A DNA stretch of 64,000 nucleotides from Candidatus Latescibacterota bacterium. Its GTDB lineage: Bacteria; Latescibacterota; UBA2968; GCA-2709665. The position numbers and the translations under genes are program-made. The notes below the pieces were generated by a model that saw only the letters and a list, made by a program, of their open reading frames with translations, did not search any database and was not told where the DNA came from. Shown here piece by piece: positions 49,968-60,287 of this stretch. How positions within the stretch are numbered: the stretch's first letter is position 1; every line of letters begins with the position of its first letter. The stretch is from contig OZ241917.1 of the NCBI GenBank assembly GCA_965203805.1, forward strand, positions 1,472,001-1,536,000, written 5' to 3'.

Positions 49968-51059
49968 TCAGAAGTGGTCCGGTGCCCAGAAGATGACCTC
50001 GCGGCGGGGGAACCACTCGTCGAGTCGGCGAACTTCCTCGGCCGACAGCGAGATGCCGCGGGCGCGGATGATGGGCGCCAGATCGCTGCCGGACGCCTCG
50101 CCAAAGAGAAGCCGGCACATCAGATCGGCAGGCAGCCCGCGTGCCAGCGCCGCCGCGTCGGGTGCGGCCCTTGCGACCAGCGAACCGAGGTCGAAGGGCA
50201 GTACCATCATCGAGTTGTCGCCCGTGATTTCCAGGTCCGCGTCTGCGGCTGCGACCAGTGCGTCGACAAAGGGGTGGCTGTGCGGGATCGCTCCGCCTAT
50301 TCGCGTCACGCCGGCCTCCGCGCACGCGTCAAGCACGAATTGCACAAGAGCATCCAGGGCCGGTCCGTTATCGTAAGCGACCTCATGCACCACGGCGCTG
50401 TTGTCGTCCGCTACCCAGTTGATGTATCCACACAATCCTTCCGGGCCTCGGATGACGGTCGTGGGCAGGACACCCCGCACGCGGGAGGGCGCGTAGTCCC
50501 AGTATGGACGCGGACGCAACATGCTGCCGCTGCGACCGGCGTTGTGGCGCTCATAGAGCGCAACCGTCTCCTCCAGGTCACGCGTCTCGTCGAAGGGTAG
50601 CATCTCCAGCGCGGACCGACCCGGCTTCGGGGCGCCGCGCAACTCGGCCCGAAAACCCGTCAGCGGCACGCAGCACCAGCCGAGACGCAGGTAGAAGCGT
50701 GCCGGGATCGCTGAGAACAGCAGGCCCAGGTCGTAACCATCGTCGCGCATGTACTCTGCGGCATGCGCCATCAACCGCGTCGCGATGCCGCGCTCCCGAT
50801 AGTCGGGATGCGTGGTGACACCGCCAATGCCGCCCATCCGGACGGGTGTGGCCCCCAGATGGACCCGGCGGTCCCAGATCCGCAGCGTCGAGACAATCCG
50901 ACCTCCCACGACAACAACCGGCGTCTGCGACGGACGCCAGGTCGGATCGCCCTTGATGTAGCCCGTGTAGCGCTCCCGGCCCGCGGGATTGTGCACGGCG
51001 CAGAGCAGGTCCAGGAGTTCGTCGAGCTCCGACTCGTGAATGGGGCGAATCGTTTCCAT
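49968..51059 (-). CDS. GNAT acetyltransferase, Eis-like
   Basis: MGGIGGVTTHPDYRERGIA, FY.RLGW, second GNAT-like lobe R....W. Confidence 0.85.
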   Translation of the reverse strand: METIRPIHESELDELLDLLCAVHNPAGRERYTGYIKGDPTWRPSQTPVVVVGGRIVSTLRIWDRRVHLGATPVRMGGIGGVTTHPDYRERGIATRLMAHAAEYMRDDGYDLGLLFSAIPARFYLRLGWCCVPLTGFRAELRGAPKPGRSALEMLPFDETRDLEETVALYERHNAGRSGSMLRPRPYWDYAPSRVRGVLPTTVIRGPEGLCGYINWVADDNSAVVHEVAYDNGPALDALVQFVLDACAEAGVTRIGGAIPHSHPFVDALVAAADADLEITGDNSMMVLPFDLGSLVARAAPDAAALARGLPADLMCRLLFGEASGSDLAPIIRARGISLSAEEVRRLDEWFPRREVIFWAPDHF

Positions 51060-51110
51060 GGGAACTGTGATAGAAATGCCGGTGAAGTTCAGCAGCGGGG
51101 GGCGCTGCCG

Positions 51111-51977
51111 TCACCTGGCGATTGTCAGCGACAATCCGTCAAATGCAATTCGGTATCCGTTTGCCGCGGCAAACCGGTCGAGTTGATCGTGTTCCAGGTA
51201 TCCTTCGTGAGAAATGTGGGTCGCATAGGCCTGCGCGCCGTTCTTGAGAAGGCCGTTTCGGCGAAACCGGTCGACATGGTCAATGACGTCGACGGATGCC
51301 AGATGATCCGGCGGACTTGCGTCGATCCCGACGCCGTACGTGTGATCGAGGACCAGCAGATCGAACCGTGTGCCGGCAGACAGCAGATGCTCCCATACCT
51401 GCTCCGATAGGACCGAGGTATCGGTGCCGTAAAATATGGCATGGGTGTCTTGTTCGATCGCGTAGAGGAGTGCCCCCTTAACGGATCCGTGGCTTGCAGG
51501 ATACCCTGTAATCGAATATCTGCCGACCGCGTGTTTCCTGAACGGCTCCAGGATTACCGTGTCGATCCTCAGGACAAGCTGCGTCTGTCGATCGAAGATG
51601 CTGCCGTACTCGCATCTCCGGTCAAGGTCCTCGTCGATCGACCTCAGCGTATCGATTGAACCAGCCAGAATCATATCCTTCGCGACCTGAGTCCCGTAAT
51701 CCGAGTGCCTGGACATCAGAAATTCGGGATCGTAGTGGTCCTCGTGGGCGTGCGTCATGAGGCACACGTCGATACCCGTGAGGCAAACGTCATGGTCGAA
51801 TGACGCGCTGACGACGTCTGAACCGATATCCACCAGCGAATCGTCGTTCACGATCATGGACGACCGCCTGCGCAGGTTCTTTCCCCCTGCCCGCCTCGCA
51901 CCCGTGCACGCCTGGCACACGCAGAAGGGACTTGGCGCCGCAGGTGCGGCCGATGTCCCGAGGAATGTGACTTGCAT
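51111..51977 (-). CDS. MBL-fold metallohydrolase (PhnP-like)
   Basis: FLGTSAA...C.C..C, THAHEDH, YGTDT, THISH. Confidence 0.88.
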   Translation of the reverse strand: MQVTFLGTSAAPAAPSPFCVCQACTGARRAGGKNLRRRSSMIVNDDSLVDIGSDVVSASFDHDVCLTGIDVCLMTHAHEDHYDPEFLMSRHSDYGTQVAKDMILAGSIDTLRSIDEDLDRRCEYGSIFDRQTQLVLRIDTVILEPFRKHAVGRYSITGYPASHGSVKGALLYAIEQDTHAIFYGTDTSVLSEQVWEHLLSAGTRFDLLVLDHTYGVGIDASPPDHLASVDVIDHVDRFRRNGLLKNGAQAYATHISHEGYLEHDQLDRFAAANGYRIAFDGLSLTIAR

Positions 51978-52011
51978 CGGTTATCCGGTCTCCATTGTGG
52001 AGCATCGCGAA

Positions 52012-52914
52012 TCACCCCAGATGCTCCGTCCTGAGTTCCCGTGACCACTCGAAGTAATCGTACAGCCGCACCAGTTCGAATTCATCGACGATATCGGCTG
52101 CCGTTCGCTCTTCAGACTCGCTGTAGATCACCGACGTACCCACCTCCCCGGTGATCACAATGCGCACGGCCTCGCCGTATTTCCGGTGTATATCGTCGAA
52201 CCTGGCCCGATTCTTGTCGAGATGCACCACTTCGAAGTCCAGATTGATGCGGGCGGAGGCCCAGCTTCTGTAGTTATTGCTCGTGTCCAGGGTGGTCCCC
52301 TGCGGATCGATGATGGTGCAGGGCGTCCCCCTGTACACCGAGCCCACGAAGTAGGCCTGCACGTCCAATGCCCAGAAGTTCTGCACCAGACCGCCGTGGT
52401 ACATGGAACTGAAGAGCAGCAATTTGGGCTTAAGCTTCTTGTACTGGTCCCGCAATTCACCGAAGTTCAGATCGAAACAGATCACCCCGCCCACCGGCCC
52501 GAATTCGGTCCGGATCAGGGTCGCGCCGGGACCCGGCCGGGTGCCGTGATCGAACTCCGGATAGACCGGAATGTATTTGCGGTAGATGCCGGCCAGTTCT
52601 CCCCGCCTGTCGAGCAACCCGAGGACATTGAAAACCGCCTCGCTCTTGGTCTCTTTCTGATGCACCGGCACGGTGATATAGCAGTTGTATTCCCGCGCCA
52701 GACCAGCTAGAAGCTGTGTCGTCGGCCCTTCCGGCACCTGCTCGTCGCAGGTGCGGCAAATGGTCTCGGGAAGGACGATCAGATCGGGCGTGGTGGCCCG
52801 CGCGACCTGTCCCACCAGGTCCTTCAGGTCCTTGTGGGTCTGCGCCATCACCTTCTCGTCATCACCGCTGATCGGCGCGTAGGAAACGCTCGATACGACA
52901 ATGTAATCGCTCAT
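52012..52914 (-). CDS. carbon-nitrogen hydrolase (nitrilase superfamily)
   Basis: E-K-C triad: LPE, YRK, ICFDLNF. Confidence 0.9.
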   Translation of the reverse strand: MSDYIVVSSVSYAPISGDDEKVMAQTHKDLKDLVGQVARATTPDLIVLPETICRTCDEQVPEGPTTQLLAGLAREYNCYITVPVHQKETKSEAVFNVLGLLDRRGELAGIYRKYIPVYPEFDHGTRPGPGATLIRTEFGPVGGVICFDLNFGELRDQYKKLKPKLLLFSSMYHGGLVQNFWALDVQAYFVGSVYRGTPCTIIDPQGTTLDTSNNYRSWASARINLDFEVVHLDKNRARFDDIHRKYGEAVRIVITGEVGTSVIYSESEERTAADIVDEFELVRLYDYFEWSRELRTEHLG

Positions 52915-53005
52915 GGGATTTCCTTTCGAAAGTCGGTTTCTGTGGCCGCAGTGCCATGCTCCAGCAAGGGTATCCATGTCCGGACTGCTCAACAGACAAG
53001 CTCGA

Positions 53006-53371
53006 TCACCCTTCCGCGGGAGCATCACGTTTGCCGACCCAGACTTTGTTGCCGTCGGGATCGCGAACTCGAAATTCCGTCATGTCGTAAAATGTCACGC
53101 CGATAGGTTCGGGGTCGAAACCAGCGGCGATCAGGCGATCTCGTATTGACTCGATATCGGACGTATAGTAGTAAACGACAGTGGATGCGTTCGATTCCTT
53201 GCGAATTGACCGGTCGATCATCACCTGGCAGCCGTGGTCGCCTTCCAGGATGGCGTGGCCCCAATCGTCCCTGCGTCGTATGATCTGCAGACCCAATCCC
53301 TTCGCATAGAAGTCCAAAGCTCGATCCAGGTCGGTTATTGGAACCATCGAGGTGATGCGATGAATGCTCAA
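53006..53371 (-). CDS. VOC / glyoxalase family protein
   Basis: DLDRALDFY..GLG, EFRVRDPDGN. Confidence 0.9.
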   Translation of the reverse strand: MSIHRITSMVPITDLDRALDFYAKGLGLQIIRRRDDWGHAILEGDHGCQVMIDRSIRKESNASTVVYYYTSDIESIRDRLIAAGFDPEPIGVTFYDMTEFRVRDPDGNKVWVGKRDAPAEG

Positions 53372-53466
53372 GGTTTGCCTCCCAGCTGAAATCTGAACTC
53401 GGCAACGGCGTCCACGTCCTGTTCGGTGAACTCCCTCAGAAGCAGGCGTTTAGTCAGCTTCTCCAT
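53368..53466 (-). pseudogene. N-terminal remnant of a RimJ/RimL-type GNAT
   Basis: MEKLTKRLLLREFTEQDVDAV then stop; typical T.RL.LR start. Confidence 0.6.
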
Positions 53467-53543
53467 TTCAATGGACCCGTTCGTGATTTGCCGTCCGTCG
53501 TCGGTTCCGCAGATCGGCGGCTGTGAAATACCAACTCTTTATG

Positions 53544-53999
53544 TCATTTCGAAACGGGTCGGACCCCGGTCCGAACAGGCTCATCAACCAGTGCTGAATT
53601 CGGCCAGCCGGCGTATTTGGGTATACCATCGTGTAGATCGAGTACGGCCTCGTCGCAGTGTATATGACAGTTTGCTTCGTGGACGTAGCCCGATTCGGCA
53701 AGAATCATGGCATACACCACCGTTCTGTCATTCTCAAGCCGGTTCAGCAGTCCGGACCCGCAATGCCGGCACTAGTGTCGATTGCTCCGTCTACCCCGAT
53801 AGATGTCCATCAATTCTTCACCCTTTGTGACGTGTACAGCCTCATTGGGCCAGGAGGCGTAGGCGTTGACCGGCGCCGCGTGCCACGTCCTGCAATTCTC
53901 GCAATGGCAGTATCCGGTCGTGGCAGGCGGACCCGTTACCTGGATTCTGACTCGACCGCACAGGCAACTCCCTTCGTACTCTTCGGGATAGGTTGACAT
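53544..53999 (-). pseudogene. GFA (CENP-V/glutathione-dependent formaldehyde-activating) family gene with an in-frame TAG (53772-53774)
   Basis: GSCLCG, CHCENCR, NRH*CRHCGS...HIH...DGIPKY; TAG sits where W/F is expected. Confidence 0.85.
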
Positions 54000-54314
54000 T
54001 CCTGCACTCCTCAGTCGCAGGTAGCATTTCAGTCGTTGGCATAAAAACGACATGGCGGTGACTTAACTCGTCCGTAATACACCGACAGCCCTCTTCGCGT
54101 CAAGCAATAGAGGGCCGTTATCAAAGTCGCGCCATCGCCTTGTCTTGCAATTATCTACACCGACGTCTTCGGGGGAAAACCTCCTTAGGAGCGAAGCCGT
54201 TTGACCCGGGGCATCTCTTTCGTCTGAAGTTGTGGCAGTGATAGATGTTGATCCGAAGATGCGGTAGGAATTCGAGGCGTGACTTGAAAGGCGGAAGGGG
54301 GAAAGGTGGGCAGT

Positions 54315-54587
54315 CTATTCCGAGGCGTTTATCCTGGCTTCGTTTTTGGCGATACGCTCACCGAAGGAATCCAGGCGGCTGTCGATTTTATCAAGGCGGT
54401 CGTCGATTTCCTTAAAACGTACGTCGATTTCCTTAAAACGGTCGTTCAATGTATCTTCGAGCCTGTCAATTCGTTGCGTAAGTCTGTTTTCGAGGTTGGA
54501 GGTAAGCGTCCACATGGCGCCTATTAAAAGAAACAGGAAGGTGGCCATGCGGATGTTATCAGCGCAGAAAAAAGATTTCGCGTTCAT
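54315..54587 (-). CDS. small membrane-anchored heptad-repeat coiled-coil protein
   Basis: Hydrophobic N-terminal segment; RFKEIDV/RFKEIDD/RLDKIDS 21-nt repeats. Confidence 0.65.
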   Translation of the reverse strand: MNAKSFFCADNIRMATFLFLLIGAMWTLTSNLENRLTQRIDRLEDTLNDRFKEIDVRFKEIDDRLDKIDSRLDSFGERIAKNEARINASE

Positions 54588-54885
54588 AGCGTACTTTCCC
54601 AGAATACTCTTGGCTTTACCTATCTGGAAAAGTATGCGGATTTGCTTAACTTGTCAAGGGTCAATATTTAACTGATCGGTGGAAGGATTACTCGCGAAAG
54701 TTGGAGGCAGTTCGGGTGCTGAAAGCGTAACCAAACGGAACAGAATGGAAGACGCTGGCAGATGAACTGAAGTCGACAGAACTCCAGGTCCGAGACCGTA
54801 TCGGGGATTCGGAAAGCCGGGATGTTACCACCCGGCAGAATTCGGTGACAGCGCATCAACTGGCCGAGCTTCGCCGGTTCAAGGC

Positions 54886-55404
54886 TCAAGCATTCGCGAC
54901 GACGCGCCGAAAGCGGATTTGGCGCCCGCCATCCCGGGCGCCTCCGTCACGTCTCCAACCCGTGGCCTCGTAGAAAGCGATCCCCTGCTCGTAGCCTTCG
55001 ACGGTCCACACAACTGCCTCATCGTAGCCGTCCGCAGCCAGATAACGAAGAGCGAGAGACATCAATGCTTTCCCAATACCTGTGCGCCAGTGCAGCGGAC
55101 ATATTGCGATCGTATCCAGTTCGCCAAGGCGCGGATCTACCGGATTCCGGCTGGGTCCGATCCCCACGAACCCTGCAATGGAACCCGTACATTCGGCAAC
55201 CCACCAACGATGAGGGACAGGTTGTGCAAGATCGTGCCGCCACCGTTCAGTAAGCTCCGGCGTCACGATCCTATCGGCCCGGGACAGAAGCGCGCCAAAT
55301 CCAGCGTTCCACGAGTCGATGTAGATCCGCGTTATAGTCTCGGCGTCAACAGGGGTAGCCGATCGGATCGTCGGAGGTGATAATATCCTGTCCAAACAGC
55401 CCAT
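54886..55404 (-). CDS. GNAT N-acetyltransferase
   Basis: IRSAT..D, GEL..I...P.HWR.GIG, FYEA.GW..DG. Confidence 0.88.
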   Translation of the reverse strand: MGCLDRILSPPTIRSATPVDAETITRIYIDSWNAGFGALLSRADRIVTPELTERWRHDLAQPVPHRWWVAECTGSIAGFVGIGPSRNPVDPRLGELDTIAICPLHWRTGIGKALMSLALRYLAADGYDEAVVWTVEGYEQGIAFYEATGWRRDGGARDGGRQIRFRRVVANA

Positions 55405-55449
55405 CCATGATTATTCAGGCTATTGAATGAGTTCGCCCAGCATACCCAA

Positions 55450-55902
55450 TCATTCCATTCGGATGAATTCGAACTCACCCCCGTTCGTGCGGTTCATATA
55501 GCGTTCGACTTCCCTGAAACCGACGCGTTCGTAAACCTTAATCGCCCGCTGGTTGAATGCCGCGACGCGAAGTTGAATGGTCTTCGGCGAGAACCGGGTT
55601 TGCGCGAAATCCAGTCCCGCACGAACAAAATGCTCCCCCAGTCCCTTCCCCGTCAGATCCGGATGAAGACCCAGACCGAAATCCACGACGCCGTCTGAGT
55701 CTTGATACGCAAAAAACCCCATCAATTCGCCAGCGTCATCCCGGACGGCAAACATGGAGTCGCCCCGAAGCGCGGGATCCAGAAGTCCGGCCAGGTCCTC
55801 GGCGTCCGCTTCCGCATCATAGAACGCATATTCGCCCTGGTAATGCCACGAAGCGATCGTTTCAGCGTCCGATTGACTCAGAGGTTCGATATCAAAGCGC
55901 AT
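55450..55902 (-). CDS. GNAT N-acetyltransferase (RimJ-like)
   Basis: W.Y...Y.FYD, GLGLHPDLTGKGLG, VAAFNQRAIKVYERVGF. Confidence 0.88.
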   Translation of the reverse strand: MRFDIEPLSQSDAETIASWHYQGEYAFYDAEADAEDLAGLLDPALRGDSMFAVRDDAGELMGFFAYQDSDGVVDFGLGLHPDLTGKGLGEHFVRAGLDFAQTRFSPKTIQLRVAAFNQRAIKVYERVGFREVERYMNRTNGGEFEFIRME

Positions 55903-57304
55903 CGGCCAACTCCCGCAGCACATCCACTGCCATGAGTACGTCCTCCCGCCGGCAATCGAACTGCCCGACCTGGAAGCGGATGACGAACCGCCCGTCGTGG
56001 ATCGTATGTGTCAGGTAGATCCGACCGTCGTCGTTCACCGCACGGAGCAGGCGCTCGGTGGCCTCGTCGGCATTCCCGCCATCAGGCGCGAACTGGAACG
56101 TGAAGAGCGACAGGCGGCATTCCGTGGTCAGGCGGAAGCCTTCCAGCGATGCGATTGCGGCGGCGGCTTCCCCTGCCCAGGCGACGTGGTTCCGGATCCG
56201 CTGTCGCAGGTCATCGAGACCGTGGGCGCGCAGCAGAAACCAGAGTTTGAGGGCGCGGAACCGGCGTCCGAGAGGGATCGTCCACTCACTGTAATTGGTG
56301 ATTTCCGACTGGCCGAGCGTCTCGAGGTATTCGGGGCGGATACCCAGGGTCCGGACCTGCGGTTCCGGGTCCGCGAGGAACTGGATGGAACAATCGAACT
56401 GGGCGCCGAGCCATTTGTGGGGATTGAAGACAATGCTGTCGGCGCGCTCGACGCCCTCCCACAGCCCCCGAAGTTCGGGGCAGATCATCGCGGAACCGGC
56501 CCACGCCGCGTCCACGTGGACGTAGAGATCATGCTCTTGCGCGACGTCGATGGCCGGGGCCAGACGGTCCGACGCGCCGATTGACGTGCCGCCGATGCAG
56601 AGGACGACGCCGGACGGCAAAAAGCCCGCCTTGAAGTCGGCGTCGACCGCGGCCCCAAGCGCCTGGGAATCGAGCGCGCCGGAACCGTCGGTCGGGACCT
56701 TGACGAGATTCCGCTGGCCGATCCCGGCGATCCGGATCGACTTGTCGATGGACGAATGGGTCTCCGGCGACGCGTAGATCCGCAGCTTTTTCTCACCCGC
56801 CATTCCGGTGTCGATCCCGCGCCAACCCAGCGCGCGCTCGCGCATCGTCAGAACGGCGCAGAGGTTGGCCGACGTTGCGGTGTCCTGAATGACCCCCTGG
56901 AACCCCTCCGGCAACCCCAGGGCCTGGCGCATCCAGTCGACCATCCGCGTCTCGATCTCAGTTGCCGCGGGCGAGGTCTGCCAGAGCATGCATTGGGCCG
57001 CCATCACCGCCGTCAGGTTCTCGGCGATCATCGAAACCGGCGCCGCGTTCGCCGCGAAATAGGCGAAGAAGCGGCGGTGCTGCCAGTGCGTCATCCCGTC
57101 CGGCACAATTCGCTCGAAGTCTGCGAAGATCGTCTCCATGTCTTCTGGCGCTTCAGGCGGCGCAGCGGGCAGCATCGCGGCGATCTCACCCGGCTCGCTC
57201 TGCGCCCGAACGGGCCGCTCGTCGAGCGTATCCAGGTACTCAGCACCCCATCGGGCGGCCCGCTCGGCCCATCGATAGTAGTCTTCTCGCTTCATAGCCA
57301 ACAA
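55892..57304 (-). CDS. aromatic L-amino-acid decarboxylase (PLP, group II)
   Basis: THWQH..FFAYF, SPAATE.E, HVDAAWAG, PLP-Lys FNPHKW, PLGRRFRALKLW. Confidence 0.93.
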   Translation of the reverse strand: MLAMKREDYYRWAERAARWGAEYLDTLDERPVRAQSEPGEIAAMLPAAPPEAPEDMETIFADFERIVPDGMTHWQHRRFFAYFAANAAPVSMIAENLTAVMAAQCMLWQTSPAATEIETRMVDWMRQALGLPEGFQGVIQDTATSANLCAVLTMRERALGWRGIDTGMAGEKKLRIYASPETHSSIDKSIRIAGIGQRNLVKVPTDGSGALDSQALGAAVDADFKAGFLPSGVVLCIGGTSIGASDRLAPAIDVAQEHDLYVHVDAAWAGSAMICPELRGLWEGVERADSIVFNPHKWLGAQFDCSIQFLADPEPQVRTLGIRPEYLETLGQSEITNYSEWTIPLGRRFRALKLWFLLRAHGLDDLRQRIRNHVAWAGEAAAAIASLEGFRLTTECRLSLFTFQFAPDGGNADEATERLLRAVNDDGRIYLTHTIHDGRFVIRFQVGQFDCRREDVLMAVDVLRELADAL

Positions 57305-57627
57305 TATAACACAATCGCTTCAAAACCACTAAAGTTCGTGATTCCAACAGAGAAATCGGATCGAACCGGGCGCGAAAACGCCAAACAGGGGTTTCGCGGA
57401 CACCGATTGGACCGCTCCGCAGCGTCATTGGCATAGGACTTGAAACCGGGGTGCGAATTCTATAGCTTGGTGCCAGGCCGGTAGAGGAAAAACCTGAAAG
57501 CGGGGAGACGTAAGACGTGAGCCGGCAGATGACATCCTTGCCCGATTGGTTCTACCTTTATGCTTCCGGCAAGAAATGAATTCTCACACGGCAGGCAATC
57601 TCTCACGTGACTCACCGCCTCTAGGAG

Positions 57628-57726
57628 ACCTACCCCCTTTCCCCCTTCCTGAAGGAAGGGGGAATTGTGATCCACTCGCGGTCTCCTGGTTTTCTCCCCC
57701 TTTCCTTTAGGAGAGGGGGAGAGGTC
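57628..57726. repeat. pair of GC-rich REP-like hairpins
   Basis: cccccttcc-tgaa-ggaaggggg and ctccccctttcc...ggagagggggag. Confidence 0.5.
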
Positions 57727-57962
57727 TGCGCCCATTGTGGTCCTGCCACTTCACGGCGTTGACGTCAACTGATTGGGTCTTAGATTCAAGCGGATTGCTG
57801 AAAGCCGACAGCTGATCGCTGCTTTTCGACTGGCGGGGGTATAGATTCCGCCAAAATCGCCAATAGATATCTCCAGGCCATATCGATATCCCGTGAACGC
57901 GGTGTGATCATCTCCCGTCTCCCTTCTTCCGTCTTACCGCTCTTTGTCTAAAGGATTTTTGT

Positions 57963-59237
57963 ATGGATACCCTTCCGCTGCCCGCCCTTCCCGTACTCGC
58001 GGATTACGTGAAACGCGCCGAGGATCTCGTCGGGGCCGTTCAGTCGGATGACACGAACGCTGTTCAGGAGTTCTGCAACGGTTGGCTCGAGGAGATTGTC
58101 CCCGTGTCTGGACCCGACCTGACGGACTTTGTGCGGGGCAGCTGGGAACGGGCTATCGGCGAAGTCAAAAATTGTGCCAGTGACATGTCGGCGACGGTCG
58201 GAGATGAGAGCGACCGGTTTTCGATTGCGGACGCTCAGTCGCTCATCGCAGGGGCGCATAGTTTCGAGAGTTGGGTCTCATTTGTCGACTTCATCGAGCA
58301 CGACACTCGCCAGACGCCCGACGGCGCCGAGTTCGAGGTCGCGGCCGACGCCGTGGTCGATGGAGACCTCGCCAGACTCGCATCGCTCCTGCGCGGGAAT
58401 CCGGCCCTGGCCCACGCCAGATCGGCGCGGATTCACCGGGCGACGCTGCTGTATTGCCTCGCCGCCAACGGCATTGAGGACTTCCGCCAGAGGTCGCCCG
58501 CCAATGCGCCGGAGATCGCGCGGCTTCTGCTGGATGCCGGCGCCGAGGTGGATGCCCTGTGCGGGCCGGGCGATTCGGGAGACACCCCCATGCTGGCGCT
58601 GGTGACCAGCGTTCATCCTCACTGCAGGGGTGTGGCGACCGAGCTGATTGAGATATTCGTGCAGGCGGGTTCAAAGGTGGATGGTGTGAACGGAGACGGC
58701 GCGCCGGTACGTCTGGCGCTCAAGTTCGGATATCCCGAATCGGCGGCCGCCCTGGTGCGTCTCGGGGCGGAGGTGAAAACCGCAGCGATGGCCGCAGGAC
58801 TGGGCCGCTTGGACCTGACGAAGGAATTCGTGAACAAGCGTGGCGCATCTGAGGCCGATCTGGCGGTCGCGTTTGAAGATGCCTGCCGGTTCGGACGGAC
58901 GGAGATCGCCGAATACCTTCTGTCACGGGGCGCCAACGTGGACGGACAGGGAACCTGGGACATGACGGGCCTGATGTGGGCCGCTTCGCAGGGTCATCTC
59001 GACACCATGTCACTGATCCTGGATCGCGGCCCGTCCCTCGAATTGAGGAACGAGTTCGGCGGCACCGCGATGGGCACGACCCTGCACTTCGCGATCAATT
59101 CGCCGAACCCCGGGGCGGACTATCCGGCCGTGATCGACATGCTGCTTGACGCGGGATTGGAGTTTGAAGGAACCAGGAAGGGAACGGGGCAGGATGATAT
59201 TGACGCCGTGCTTCGCAGGCACGGTCGGATCGACTGA
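57963..59237 (+). CDS. ankyrin-repeat protein
   Basis: LLLDAGAEVD, YLLSRGANVD, TGLMWAA..GH; N-terminal DAQ..IA..H.F.SW. Confidence 0.88.
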   Translation: MDTLPLPALPVLADYVKRAEDLVGAVQSDDTNAVQEFCNGWLEEIVPVSGPDLTDFVRGSWERAIGEVKNCASDMSATVGDESDRFSIADAQSLIAGAHSFESWVSFVDFIEHDTRQTPDGAEFEVAADAVVDGDLARLASLLRGNPALAHARSARIHRATLLYCLAANGIEDFRQRSPANAPEIARLLLDAGAEVDALCGPGDSGDTPMLALVTSVHPHCRGVATELIEIFVQAGSKVDGVNGDGAPVRLALKFGYPESAAALVRLGAEVKTAAMAAGLGRLDLTKEFVNKRGASEADLAVAFEDACRFGRTEIAEYLLSRGANVDGQGTWDMTGLMWAASQGHLDTMSLILDRGPSLELRNEFGGTAMGTTLHFAINSPNPGADYPAVIDMLLDAGLEFEGTRKGTGQDDIDAVLRRHGRID

Positions 59238-59318
59238 ACCGGCAATCCGTCGATCGGCACCACAAAAACAATGCGCTGCCATCGAGGCGGCGCCTATCTG
59301 ACATTGGGAACGATTTGC

Positions 59319-59347
59319 TTGACAATACGCGCGTAGTACTTTATGCT
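59319..59347 (+). promoter_or_regulatory. sigma70 promoter for the ATPase/SNF2 operon
   Basis: TTGACA-17 nt-TATGCT, about 140 nt upstream of 59487. Confidence 0.6.
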
Positions 59348-59486
59348 GAATGAACCTCGCCGCCACTGGGCGATTTCGGCTATTTTCATGAAGGGGAACA
59401 AGAAGAAATTCCGGTAATAACTGTGTCTACGCCACCATTGATCATGTCGCCGATTCGACAGATCTTTCGAACGCGGGAAATAAACA

Positions 59487-60287
59487 ATGGACAATATCGG
59501 ACAAGCATTCGACGACTCCGAGAATGCGGCTGAAGCAGCCCGCCAATCCGCCACCAAACTGGTGAATTTGACCAGACGCCTGCAAAAAGCAGCCAAAGAG
59601 GGTAACGTCGGCGCTATCAAGAAGACGCGAGTCGGACTCAACGTGGCACTTGAGAACCTGACGCAGGCGGTGGCGGACGCCATCCAATCCTGGCCCTATG
59701 AAGATGATGAATTGGTAGAATATCTCAAGGGTGGCTATACACAAGAATTGCGTCGCGTCGCGTCGGAAAAGGGACTGGAAATCCATTTGCGGGACGAACA
59801 GTTGATCTCACACCCTTCCATCGTGCGAATATTACCCGAGGATGGGGCGATCCGAATTGACAACAAGAAGGTCTCGACCATAAAACCTTCCTACCTGTCC
59901 GATCTGCTGATCGCAAACCAGAACAAGGGCAGCCGCTTCTCGGCTAAACGGTTTCTGGAAGCCCTGTACAGGGTTTACCTGGAGCTTGTGAAGGAAGATG
60001 CTTCGGACAGACTCATGAAGGGCGATTCCGGGCGGGTGGTACTCCTGGCAAGAATCTACAGGTTGTTCACGTCGCTGCCAGGTAGCGGGCGAGATTACGC
60101 AAAAATTGACTTTGCACGTGACCTTTACCAGTTGGAAACAAGCGGTGTTACAGAAACGACTTCAGGCGCCAGAGTATTTTTTCACGCATCCACCGGCACT
60201 CGGGGCGCAAGTAACGTATTCACTTTTGTGGGTCCACAGGGCCAGGACATCAAGTACTTCGGCATTCGATTTGCGAAGGATGACTGA
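59487..60287 (+). CDS. hypothetical protein, first gene of the ATPase/SNF2 operon
   Basis: 266 aa; coiled N-terminus; C-terminal Y....FARDLY.L; TGATG overlap with the next gene. Confidence 0.8.
   Translation: MDNIGQAFDDSENAAEAARQSATKLVNLTRRLQKAAKEGNVGAIKKTRVGLNVALENLTQAVADAIQSWPYEDDELVEYLKGGYTQELRRVASEKGLEIHLRDEQLISHPSIVRILPEDGAIRIDNKKVSTIKPSYLSDLLIANQNKGSRFSAKRFLEALYRVYLELVKEDASDRLMKGDSGRVVLLARIYRLFTSLPGSGRDYAKIDFARDLYQLETSGVTETTSGARVFFHASTGTRGASNVFTFVGPQGQDIKYFGIRFAKDD

Noticed and set aside
27985-53774. genome-wide TAG reassignment
   Set aside because: Many complete genes end in TAG at their expected C-termini (for example 10386, 35987, 61270, 62538), and TAG replaces different expected residues in the two cases.
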